In this document: piece by piece, positions 1-12,400 of the stretch
Layout: each line of letters begins with the position of its first letter
How positions within the stretch are numbered: position 1 is the first letter of the stretch
DNA from: Rhizaria sp. SCN 62-66
Taxonomy: Eukaryota
NCBI GenBank assembly: GCA_001724265.1
Contig: MEDY01000198.1
Coordinates: 1 to 53,454, forward strand
Length of the DNA stretch: 53,454 bases
Direction of reading: 5' to 3'
Notes under the pieces: generated by a model
What the model saw: only the letters and a program-made list of their open reading frames with translations
What the model was told of the DNA's origin: nothing
Databases searched by the model: none
Program-made: the position numbers and the translations under genes

Positions 1-186
1 AAGAACGGAGTCAAGACGCTAGTTGCTGCGGGACACCCCAAGCTGCGGTTCGATAACAAGACTGTGCTCGTGGCGGGGCTGAAGGACTGCAACGTTGAGA
101 CTGTTGGTGAGTTTTCGAAGGTCCAGATTAAGTACAAGCCGCTGATGAAGCTCAAGCAACCGCCGCCTAACGAGAAGGATAAGTAA
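1..186 (+). CDS. 3' end of an unidentified protein-coding gene (partial, begins upstream of the window)
   Basis: Frame 1 is open from base 1 (KNGVKTLVAAGHPKLRFDNKTVLVAGLKDCNVETVGEFSKVQIKYKPLMKLKQPPPNEKDK) to TAA at 184-186. Codon usage looks coding and is followed by an AT-rich spacer. Family not recognised. Confidence 0.65.
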   Translation, partial: KNGVKTLVAAGHPKLRFDNKTVLVAGLKDCNVETVGEFSKVQIKYKPLMKLKQPPPNEKDK

Positions 187-437
187 TCTTACCGGTATCA
201 CAAGAGGCACTGTTTGCACACGCAAATATCGCAAGAAGTTTACGATGTGAGGAGGTCGAGTTTTATTGAGTTTATTAGGTTTTTTATTGATCATTACGAA
301 TTATTGCAACTATTAAGACGATATTTCATTTTTAATAAACAGATTATGTATTTTCTATTTCATATCTAAGTGTTCGTAACTCATATTCTAAAATTGTTTG
401 AAAGTATGCGATTTTAAGTAAAATGCCAAAGCACTCG

Positions 438-3400
438 TCAGAAGCCAACGTCGTCGAACTTCTTCAAGATGCGGTGACCAGTCCTGTCGGCAGCCTTGCC
501 CAGCACCTGTACCGTTCCGTCGCTCATGCCTACAACAATGCCGCGCAGCGCGAGAAGACCGACGCCGGGCGCCGTGTGGGGCGTTGCACCACTGCTGTTA
601 GAGGGAAGCTGGGATGGCGCGCGCGTCGCGTTGCCGCCACTAACGCCGACAGCCACGCCTGCAGCGGAGCCAGCAGCTGCAGCAGTCGCAGCAGCAGCGG
701 GAGACGCGCCCACCGTCGCCGCATTCGCAACAGTGTTTGCCGCACTGTTGTTATCGTTCGTGCCAGCCCCAGTGTCGCCGGTCTCGCCACCTGCGCCCGC
801 GGTCACCGCAGCTGTCGCCGCCGTGGCGGCTGCGGCGGTCAGGCGCGCGAGAGTGAGCGGCGCCAGCGTCAGCGCAGTCACAAGTGGACGACCCGCAACG
901 CCAGTGCCCGTGGTGGCGGCGCCCGCAGTCGCAAGTGAGGCAGCCCCAGCGCCTGCACCAGAAGACGACAAAGCCGTTTGAAGCTGAGCAGCTGCAGTCG
1001 CAAAACGCGAGAGCAGATATGCTTCCGAGAATGCGTCAGCGTGAACAGCGTTCGCGCCAGCCATGTTGGAGTTGCCGACAGAGGCAAACTGCGCTGGTAG
1101 AAACGCGGACTGCATGGCAGCAAGCGCAACGGCATACGCCGCCTGATGCATGCGCTGTTGCAGATGCAACATCAAGTGTTGCGTCGACAGCGAACTAAGC
1201 GTTGTCTTTCCTACTACGCCAGCAGCGATATTCTTCGTGATCACCTGCGCAACGCCAGCCGCAGCTGGAGCTGCGGACGCGCCGATCCCGACTGCGCCCG
1301 CAGCAGACCCGGTGACCGCAAGCGCGGCGCGAGGGCGCAGCGGCGCGCTTGCGACTGCGCACAGCGACACGGCGTCGAAGAGCATCAAGCCCGTCCCCGC
1401 TGTAGCAGTGGCCGCGATGACAGCCGCAGTCGTCACTCCGGCGTTTCCGCCAGGCGCCACGAGCCCGGGAGCAGCGGGGCTGCGGCTCGGCACGGGCGCC
1501 AGTGCGGGGCCCGCGACGGCGCCGCCAGCGAGCACGCGCGTGTGGTCGGGCGTGAGCGACAGCGCAGAGTAAAGCCCCGAGTCGGGGTCCGCCAGCACCG
1601 CAACAACGCCGGACCGAGATGAGAGTGATGAAGGCGACATCGCCGCAGCGGGCGGCAGCGCGGTGCCCAGCGACTGCTGCGTAAGGTTGCCCGCTGTCGC
1701 ACCAGCTGACGCAGCCGTAGCGACCGCCGTGGCAGGAATGAGTCGCAACACAACGGTGCTAACAGCGGCTACAAGAGCACCCTCAGCCGCAGTCACTGCG
1801 TAGAGCGCGCGCGCTGTGCGCGAGTAGAAAATGACTGTGGGCACCGCGGCGCGCGACGCGATTCCGACCCATGACGCTGCGGCAGGGCGCGAAAAGTCGA
1901 GGCTGTGCGCGCTGGGTGGCGCCGCCAGCGCAGCGGCAACAGTCTCAGAGGTAATGACAGTGAAAGCGGCGCCTGGCGCAACCCAAGGCAGTGTAAATGC
2001 GGCTGCAGCAGTGGGTGTTGCAGTCGCGCAGTTGCCTGTCGGGAGGACAACAGGCGCAGGTGCGCGCGACGCAAGAGGCGCAAAGCGGCAACGGCCGTCT
2101 GCGTGAGCACTCACAAGCAAGTTAAGCCGCCTGGAGACAGCAAGCGCGGTAACACGCGAGCTTGACTGCTGCTGCTGCTGTTCCTGCAAAGGCTCTAGCG
2201 GAGATAGCGCAAGACGGGGCAGAGGTGACAGCAGGCCCATGGGGGTTGCGGCAACAGAAGACGCAACAGTCGTAACGACTCTGCTGTTTTCACCGCCATC
2301 GCCTTCATAATCACCGTCCTCGTGCGAGGCCGTAACACGGTGAACCATGCTCGCGTCCACTGGCGCGCTAGCCTGCGCGACACCACCGGCACCCACGCGC
2401 CACACCCACACAGAGCCGTCGGAGGTGCCGACTGCGGCGAACTCGCCGTGGCTGCTCGCGCCGCCGTTGCGCTGACTGGCCGTGAGTGCAGAGCGCACGC
2501 GGCCGACGTCAGGCAGACCGCGCACAGCCGAGGTCGTCGTGGCGATGGTGTGCATCGTGCCCAAGCGCGTGGCGGCGGCGGCAGCAGCGGCGCGAGCCTG
2601 ACGGCGCGCGGCGCGGGGAGCGTTCGCTGCAGCAACAGCAGCGGCGGCTGCGGCCGCAGCAGCGGCGTTGGTGGAGGTCAATAGGACACTGTCGCCGTCT
2701 TCGTCGTCATCGTGGTTGTTGCTGTTGGCGTTTTCAAGACCAGATGCGGCAGGTGTCGAGCTTGTGTTGGTCGGAGCAGCAGTGGTTGCAGTGGCAGCAA
2801 TGTAAGCAGCAGCCAGCGCGGGTAGCTTGCACAGTAGCTCGAGCTCGTCCTCGTCACTTTGCTCATGCTTCGAGGCACTGTTCATGGTTGCACCAGTTGT
2901 AGCAGCAGCAACAACATCGCCACCGTCTTCGCCCTCGTCTGCTTCATCTTCCTCTGCGTCACCGGCACCCGTCACGGCGACGCACGTGCTTACAGTCACT
3001 TGGCCAGTCACAGCATGCCTCGGCAGCGCAAAGCATTGTACAAGACGCACTGCCCCAACACCGCTGCTGTTCGCATTGGTCATCACAGCATTCACGTTAG
3101 CAGAACTGCCCGCAGCAGCGGTGCTCGCTGATAAGGCATTGGCTGACGGGGCATAAGGATGCGACTGCGCGTGGGCGAGACCGATTGCAAGCGTGCTGAG
3201 CCGTGCTAAGGCGTCGCGGCGACTGTGCGCAGAGCGCAAAGAGGCGAGCTGACGCAGTGCACAGCGCTGACGGCGACGGCGGTGTCGGTCAGCGGCAGCG
3301 TTGTCGTTGCGCTCGTCACTTTCAGAGCATGATGAAGACGACGACGAGAACGCAGATGAAAAGAAGTCGCTGTGAGACGCTTCAGCTGCGGCAGCGGCAG

Positions 3401-6400
3401 CCTTGTCGTTAGCAGAGGCAGCGGCAGCCAAACTAGCAGTCTTCTTGTCCGATACAGACTCGTGGTCACTGCTGCTGTTGCTGCCACTGCTAGCGTTGTC
3501 GTCCTCGTCGTCGTTCGTACTGCGTTGCCAGAACCAAAAACCGCGTTTCTTTTTCTTCTTCTCTTTCTCTTTGCCGTTCGCTGCATTGACAACAGCGTTG
3601 GTGGCAGTCGAGGTAGCGGTACTCTGCTCGCCATTCTTGTTGGTTCCAGCCGACACAGTAGTTAGCCCAGACGCAGCAGCATCCGCAGCAGAAGTTGCAG
3701 CCATCAGAGCAGGCGTCGTCATTGCGACTGCAAGTCCTGCGTCTGCTCCGTCGTTAGGAGCAACTAGAGCAACGCTTGCAGCAGTCACCGCCTTCGCGGC
3801 AGCAGAAACAACTCGCTCAGTTGCCTTGGCCAGCGCAGAGGCGGCCGCGGAGACAAGCGTGGCGCGGCCGGAAACAGGCAACAGTAGCGCAGCGCGCCGC
3901 TGTGAACGCTCGCGGCGTCGCTGCAGCCTCTGACGCCGGTCACTCGGAACGGCAGCTTCTACAGGATTCGCGGCAGCAGCCGCAGTCGACGTGAGCCGCA
4001 CAGTGCCGTCGATGTGACCGGTGGAGAGCACAAAGCGTGCGCCGCCGCGACCGCGCGTCACAGCCAGGAGAGAGCCCAGGAGTGGCACAGCAACACTGTC
4101 AACAGTGTTGTCAGCAGACGGAGCGGCAGCAGGCGGCACGGTTGATGCGGTGACGGCAAGCGCGAGCGACGCCCAGCGCTTGCTGAGTTCTGCGTTAGCG
4201 TCGCCTGTAGCACCGGAGACACTCGCGGCAGGACTAATAAAGAAACGGCGCGCGGTCGCGGCCGCAAAAGCAGCGGCTGCAGAGTACGCCATAGTCTGGT
4301 CAAGCTGCAGCGGAGGCGCGGGATACGAGCCACCAAACTGCTGCACCTGAAGCTGCTGTTGTTGTTGCTGGAAAATGCCCTGAATCGCCATCAGAAGCAT
4401 CACATTGGCGGCAGAGGCAGCTTGGGTCTGAATCTCAACGACAGCGGCCGTCCGCATCTGACGACGAACCGCGCTCTCCCCCAGACGAATGCTCGCTGAC
4501 GAGAGCATCGGCACAAGAACTGCAGGGCGAGAAGCCATGTGACTGTGAGCGGTCTTTGTCCAGAGAAGCTGGTTGAGCTGGAGATGTTGCTGTAGTGACG
4601 GCACCGAGGAAGCAGTGCGGGCGTGGGCAGGCAAAGCAAGAGACAGAGCGTGCTTCTCTTTCTTGACACTGACGGTGAACGCCTTCATTGCCGCCTCGAC
4701 GGCCAAGACCTGTTGCCACGCTGCATTGACGCGCATTGCATCGGCCGCGGCCGCCTCAGACAGCGGGAGCACGGCGGCAAGCGGAGACAAAGCGGAGCCA
4801 GCCGCAGTCGCAACATCAACGCTTGCGGTGAGAGGCGCAGCCGGATACACGGGGTCTAGAGAGGTCGTGAGCGATCCTACTAGGGCCTCAGCAGCAGACC
4901 ACACGCCGACCACATGCTCGCTCCGGCATGTTGCAGCTGCAGCGTCAGTCTTGCTACCAGCAGTCTTGTTCTTTAGCCCAGTGATGCATCCGGAGCCGCC
5001 GGAGGCCGTCAGCGCACGGGATGCCGTGCGTAAAGAGTCGAGAGCGCGCGAGGCGGCCAGCGTGCGCGCAGTGAGCCGCGCCAGTCCGCTCGCGTTGCCG
5101 CTGCCGTTGCCCGTTAAGCCGGTGACAGGCATCGGCGCGGGTGCCACAGCCGAGGACTGTGAGGCAGCGGTAAGCCGGAGCGCAGTGGACACGCCAGTGG
5201 CAGTTGCAGCGGCAACAAACGAAGCCGTAAGCGGCAGTTGCTTCGCAGCAACAACCAAGTCCCTCGCCAGCGCACTCGTGGTCACACCCGCCGCAGCAGC
5301 CGCCAGGGCCGTGTTGGCGGCGGCGGTGGTCGCCGCGGACATGGTCGCCGAGCTGCTGCCCGCGTTGGCTGTCACGGCCACGGACAGCGGCCGCAGCGCT
5401 TGCGCCTTGGCGACGGCAATGGCGAGCGACTGCGCGTGCGCCTGCGTCGGCGGGAGTAGTGACAGCAGCAGCGGCAAGTTCGCGGCCAGCGTCGTCGCCA
5501 GAGCGGGGCCCACGTGCGAGAGGGCGTCGGCAAGGGTGATGAGGCTGCTCCCGGGGTAGCCAAAGGCGAGTCCGTTGCTGGCTCCAGCGCTCGCACCGCG
5601 CTTGCCCGTGACTGCGGCAGCCACGCCGCCGGTGTTCGAAGTAGAAGCGGCAGCAGCAGCGGCAGCGCTCGCGGAGGTGACGAGTGACGCGGGCAGTGCA
5701 GCCTTACTATTGGCCGGAATGATCGCTGCCGCAGCAGACGCAGCGTACGCGGCCGCGTTCGCACTGGCGACAGCCTCGCTGCTCTCGTCGCTGCCAGCCC
5801 CCACGATTGCGGTCGTCGCGTTGACGGTTGCCGCGGCCGCAGCGGCTGCGGAGACCGTGATCGCAAGCAGCGCTCCGGCGGGCGCAACGATGGTAGCAGC
5901 GACGGCCGCAAGCGCGGCAGCCGTGGCGGCCGAGACCGTGGGCGCGGGCGTGAGGAAGAAATGCGGGTAAGAGGGAGACTCGATCCACGAGTGCACCAAC
6001 ACGTGGCCAGTGCCCATGCTCGACGTGGCCGCGGGCGGGGAGGAGCTTGGCAGACCCGCGTGGCCGCCGGCGCCTGCAGACACTGTTGGTGCGGTGACAG
6101 AGGCAGTGACCGTGGGGGCGTAAGCAAGCGGGAGCTCCGCAGTGAGCACAATGCTCTCGCTCACGCTCGCACCAGCAGCAGCAGGCGCACCGGGAGCGAC
6201 AATGGCGGCGGCGGCGGCCGGGGCAACGGTGGTGATGCTCGCGGTCACCGTGGCGGCGGGCAGCGCAAGTGCAAGCGGCAGAGGCGCGGACAGCGCTGCA
6301 AGCGTCACAGAGAGAAGGTGAGAGCGCCTCAGCACGCCCGCCCCCATCTCAGCCCCAGCTGCTGCGGCCGCTGCCGCTGCCACCGCCGTACTCGCAGGAC

Positions 6401-9400
6401 CGCCGGCAGCACCGCCGGCAGGCGTCATCGCAGCGGACACTGCGCTCGCGCCCGCGCCCGCAGTCAGCGTGTGGGCGGGCGTCGAGAGCGCAGTGCCGCG
6501 GACGCGCGCAAGCGTCTTGAAGATGCCGTGACCGACGCCTGAGCCCGTCACAACGGGGGGCACGCCCGCGCGGTACTGGTAGAAGTTGCTGTTCACGACA
6601 GTCTTGCCGACGGGCGCACCCCCAGCTGCACCGGACCCGGTTGCCGCAACAGCGGTGGAAGCCGGCGCCGGTGATGACCACTGCGAGCCTGATTGCGCGG
6701 CGCCGGAGGTGGGCGTCGACGCAGCACTATGGCCACCAGCAGCAGCAGGCGTGGGCATAGAGCCGAATGCGGGCGAATGACCATAGTTCTCAGAGTTCAA
6801 ACCACCGAGCGACAGGACGTAGCGGCGGCGACGGCGGGTGGCAGCGGCCGCGCGACGGCGGCGACGGACGACAGCGGCCGCGGCAGCAGCCTCTGAAGCA
6901 GCCTCGCGGGTGTTCGGGTGCGTGAGCGTGATGGTGAGCGGCGCCAGCGAAGACGTCGCTGCACGGCCGCTGCGCGCGTTGTTGAACGCGCCAACGGCGT
7001 TCACTGGCACAGCGGCTTCCGTGTCGCTCAGCCAGTCCTCCCCGTCGTCGCCGTCAAGAGCTGAGCCGGAGTAGCTGTCAGGCGGGTCAGCGTGACTGTG
7101 TGCAGTCACGTGCCGGCCCAGACCCTTGTAGCCGTGAGAAGCTGTGCTAAACGCGTGTCCGCTGGCGCGCTCAACGCTACCCGTGGTCGCGAGGTCCGCA
7201 GCCCAGCCATGGCGCGTCAAGACGCCGGCCAGCGGGCGCGCGTGGGTGCGCGCCGCAACCGCAGTGGCTGCGGCAGAAGCGGCGGGTGCCGAGGCAAACA
7301 CGGTGAAGCGCGAGAACGGGCTCGCAAGCGCGTCATGAAGCCAGTAAGAGGCCTTCGTGGCGCGCTCGCACTGAGCGTTTCCACTGCGACAATCATCGTC
7401 GTCACTGCTGCTCATGTCGCTGGGACTGTCGTTGTCATTGTTGCTGTCATCACTGTCAGCGTCGGATGCAGCACCAAACGCAGCAGCCATCGCAGCGGTT
7501 GCGGAAGTTGCAGCATTGCACGCAGAAAGCGTCGTCGTCTGTCGGCGCACACATGGGGCAAAGAGCAGCAACGAAACAGGATCGGTGCCCACAGTCATCT
7601 CGTTCAGCAGCACCAGTGGCGGCATCAGCGTCGGGACGCTGCTACTTGCGCCAGCAGTGCTTGGAACAGAACTAGTACCGGCCGCCGCAGAGGCAGCAGC
7701 GGCGCTCGAGCCCTTGCCCTGGCCTGCGTTGGCAGTCGTCGAGGAGGGCAGCACAGAGGGCTGCTTATGCAGAGGCGGAATCGCGCTAGTGCTGGCGGTG
7801 GGCGACATCAGCGAGCGGCTTGCGTTCCCAGCAGCCGAAGCCGAGGCAAGAGGAGAAACCGAGCTAGAGGCGTCAATCGGCGAGGCCACGCCGCCCTGCG
7901 AGGAGTGCTTACTGCGTGTGAGTGTCACGGGACGTACGGAAACCGCGGCGGGCCGAGTGTCGACGCGCTCGCTGGCGCTAACGCCGAGGCGGGGCGGGTG
8001 ACGACACACAAACAGGGGCTGCGGCGTCTGACCAAAGTGCTCAGTCTGGCTCAAAATAGCTTCGCGCTGCGTGCGGCGCTGCTGAGCGTGCGCGAGAGCG
8101 CGGACACGGACAAGGGCGGCGGCACGAGCACGCTCCTGCATCTGCTGCTGCTCGCGCGAAACGCTGTTCGAGGTGACGGCGACGATGGAAGTTGCGGTCA
8201 ACGCAGATTGAACGGCAGTGTTGGAAGGCTGAATCCTCGGTAAAACAGTAATGCGCAGAGCAACTGCAACAGTAGGAGTAATCCTGTGCACAGGCAGCAG
8301 CTTGATAGTGAGCAAAACTATGTTAGTGTCCTCGTTACTGACAGCAGCGTCAGCCTCAGAGGAGCTGGTCGCATTCGCGGTCGCGTGCAATCGATCAGAG
8401 CTTGATTCTGCGGCTGCTGCGTCACTGCCTGTGGCATTCGATGTTGTACCCGCAGTATTGGCGTTGCTCAACACCCAGTCATCGCCAACGTTCACGACCG
8501 CGCCTGCACTGGCGCGCACGCTAGCAAGTCTCTTTAGCACCGCAATGGCCGAGTCGGTCTCAGCGCTCGCAGTCGCGGCAGGAACAGAAGGCGCCGTAGC
8601 GACGGCAGCTTTGGCGGTCATGGACACAGCCTCTGCGTCAGCATCGGCCCAAGCGGCCCTCACCACGCCACTGGCCCAGCTTGTGGCAGCAAAAACGTTG
8701 CGCGCGCTAACCGCGGCAGCGCCGCGTTGCTTGCAGCCGAACACAAGGTCGATCCAGCCGGGCAGCATTGCCGCCACAGCGTCCGACTCGAGCGCAAGAC
8801 GCGAGAGCAGCAAGAAGCGGTGTGGCGAAGCGTGGGCCCAGGGAGGCAAGTGTACGTCGTCGACCATCGTGCCAGTGCTCGCGCCACTGCTGCCTGCAGT
8901 CGCACCGCTGTTATCGCGTGTGGCGCTGTTGCCAGGTTGCAGACGATTAAGCCACAGACGGTGCGAGTTGCGGAGCCACGCGGTTGAGGCAAATGCCTCA
9001 GGAACAATCTCCTTGATGTCAGCCGAGTTGGTCATGACGCCAGCCCAGGCCTGTGGCAGCGAAGACAGCAGACGGTCAGCAACGTCGAAACGGCCCTCCT
9101 GCAGTGCAGTCGCTTGCGCAGCAAGCGCGGGCAGACGCAATAGAAAGTGCAGCGCCGTACCGGGATTGCTGTAGTGCGTGCCAAACATGAAGGGTGTCTG
9201 CACAAACAGCGCGCTGTCGTCAGCGCCGGCGTCGTCGTCGTCGTCGTCTTCCTCGTCGTCGTCAGCGGCGTTGGGGCTCCGGGCCATCGCGACGGGGGAG
9301 CGTGCGGACCGCAGTCTGGCTGCGAGCGCCTTGGTGGCCACAGCCTCAGTGACGCGTTTCGCCATCGAGCGTGCGCGCGACGCGCCACCGACAGCCACAA

Positions 9401-12400
9401 CAACTGTGAACACAGCTGTCGCCGCCGCTGCAGTCGTCTTGAGCGCAGCGGCCGCGCTCGCGGGCACGTGGGCGTTCGTGGGCGGCGCAGAGGGATCATC
9501 CATCGCCATCGACACCATGGTTTCAAAGCGCGTCAGCGCTTGACGCAGACGATCGCGCGCGAGAGCACCGACGGGGCGCGAGAGATCGCGCAGACACGCC
9601 GGACCAGAAGGCGAGGCAGCAAAGGCAAACGGGGCGGGAACAGCAGCGGCCGCAGCAGCGGCAAGAACAGCAGCAGAGGACGGCGATGCAGCGGACCGCG
9701 AAGAGCTGCGCTGGCGCCTGTACATCTGCATTTGCTGCTGGTGCTGCTGTGCATTCGCGGCCGAAGGTGTGCGGCTTGTTCCAGAGCTGATGCGCCTGGT
9801 AAGCATGGCGTGGGGCGGTGAGGCCGAGGACGCATCCATGGAGTGTTGCTGCAACTGTTGCTGCGCGCCAAGAGCTTGCGCGGCGTAGGCAGCGTTTGTG
9901 AGTGCGAGGGTGTTGTCAAACTGCGGCAGCATCTGCGAAGAGAAGTCGCAAAGGACCCACGGGAACACAGGATATTGCGATAGGTCGTTGAAGCTGCGGC
10001 CAGCATAAGCGTTGAGGTGCATCAAATACGTAAACGTGCTGATACGGCGCATGCACCACGCTTCGGTCAAACCAGAGCGCGAGAGTGCAAACTGCGGCGC
10101 CAGCGCGCGCGGTAGCCACTGCTGCAGCAGGCCCCACGATGACGAGAGCGCGGGCAACGGCGCCAGGGAGAGTGTGGATGCAAGCAGAGGCGCCGGCGAC
10201 ATGCGGTGCGAGGGCAGCTGCGAGGGTGCGTTGTGGAGGAACCAGTAAGGCACAGGCAGCGGCAGCAGCGTGCGGGCAAGGAATGCGCCCTCAGCGGCGG
10301 CGGTTGCGGGGCTAAGAAGAGGTGCAACGGGGAACACCGCGGGTGCAAGCGACGATGCACCAGAAAGCAGCACGTGGCCAGTGGTGATGAGCGGCAAGGC
10401 GTTGACGCGAATGCGTGGAACTGGACTCGGCATTGCAGCAGCAACGTTAGAGTTATTACCACCCATCGCCATGAGCTGACGCGGCATGCCAGGAAAGTAG
10501 TTACAAACCCCTGCAGCTCTTACGCCGCTCACAGTGGGCAAGGTAAGCGCGGGGTTCAAGAGCAGGCTTTCGCTGACGCCGAGTTGGCGCGACCAGCACT
10601 TGACCAAGCCAGGATAAGTGGCGGCGTACGCTGAAGAGGAGATGGATAGATCCGAGTCTGCGTCTGTTGCCAAGGCAGCATTCGCATGCGAGTTCGTTGC
10701 CCCCGACGCAGCAGCTGCAATGGCAAGCGCAACGATCGTGTTGTGCTCCGCAAGAGCGCCTGTCGCAGCGTGTTGGTGTCGTGACAACCAGCGGGCGTAC
10801 GGTGCAGCAGTCGCAGACAACAAGGGTTGCGGGCCACTTGCGATGGCAGCGGCAACAGTGTCATCAGCCAGAGCAAGGGGCGAAGGCTTGAGCCGTCCCC
10901 AAACACACTGCTGCAGCAGCGACAAACGCGGAGGAAGCAGAACACGCCCGCTTGTAGAGGCCACGTTCTGCGGAAGGTGATCCCGCGCAGAGACTTGCTC
11001 GCGGTGCTGCTGGAGGGCCTTGACGATCGCAACAACGGCGTTGTCGCGCGCGAGCGAAGACGGGAACACCAGGAACAGCGACGTCCGGGCACGGACAGCG
11101 GCACCAGTCGCCGTCGTGGCAGCCGCGGCAGCAGTGACCGCAGGCGAGACGCGGGGCGCGCGCCAGACGAGCTCGCGGTCACTCGAGCACGCGTTGTCAT
11201 TGCAAACGCCCTGACTCTCACTCAGTGGTACACTCGGAACCGCAGCCGCAATTGGTGCAGGGGCAATGAATGTGAGCTCAACGGCAATCTCTTGCAGTGT
11301 GTGCCGGCGCAAGTGCAGTGACTGTACCTGCGACAGTGGCCACGAGCAGGAAAACGGCGCCGACAGCAGCTCTGCGGTGGGCACAGTCGACGCAGCCTGG
11401 GAGACAGACGGCGCGGTCGCGTTGCCCACTGCAGTCGCACCCACCTGCACGCTCTTGCACTGGGCAGCTGCATCAATAGCGGTGAGGCTCACTGTAGAGT
11501 TCGTGGCTTCTGTCGTGAAGAGCCCAGCCAGCCGTTTGTAAGCGCCCTTGCCGCCCGCAGTCTCGGATAACGCGTAGCATGTTGCCGCGGCCGCCACAGC
11601 AGCGGCGTCAGCGGCCGCAACTTTGCTCACGAGCGACATCGCGCTATCACTGCCGCCAGCCGGAGCCAGGGCGGCCGTGGTAGCCTGGGCCTTGGAGAAA
11701 GCGCGGTGAACAATGCGCGTCCACGTCGACGGCATCGCGGGCGGTGCGGGCGAAAGCAGCGCTTCGGCGTTCACAGCTGCGGCAGCGGCGGCGGCGGTCA
11801 CGATGTCCGCGTTTGAGGCACCGTTGGCGTAGAGTGCGTGTGGCGCCGCGACACCGTCAGCAGTGAGTGCGGCGGAGGACGCCGCAGCGAGCAGAGCGAG
11901 CTGCCGACTCAGCGCCTTTGCAACAACGGACACAAGTAGCGGTACATACACAGGACAAGTGACAGAGACAAACGATTCAGAGGTGTCAGATGTCGCAACA
12001 GTATGCGGATGAGAGGGCAATTCTGGCTGTTGAGCCGCATTGTTTCCGCTGTTGGAAAGACTGGCCCACGCTTCCTCAAGGAGCTTACGCACAAGCAACG
12101 ATTTGCCTGGAGCTTGGCGAGGAGACTTGTGTGCGCTAGAAGCATGCGCAGTTGAGTGACCACGAATCTGAGGACGCAGGTGAGTGCGGCCATCTTCGAG
12201 CATCCACTGCTCACAGTCGGCGCTTAAGTTAGGCTGCGGCGGGGGGACGGCCAGTGCAGCAGCGGTGAAGGTCACACCAGCGGGCGTGACAGTGACAACG
12301 CCCGGCATCGAGTCAAGGGATACACGCACACAAGGCGCCGTGAAAACAGTGGGCAGCAAAGCCTGGGAGACCAATGCTGACGAGAGGCGAAGCGAGGTCG

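Noticed and set aside
107-112. GTGAGT donor-like hexamer in the left partial gene
   Set aside because: The reading frame continues with coding-like composition to TAA 186, and no downstream exon is apparent.
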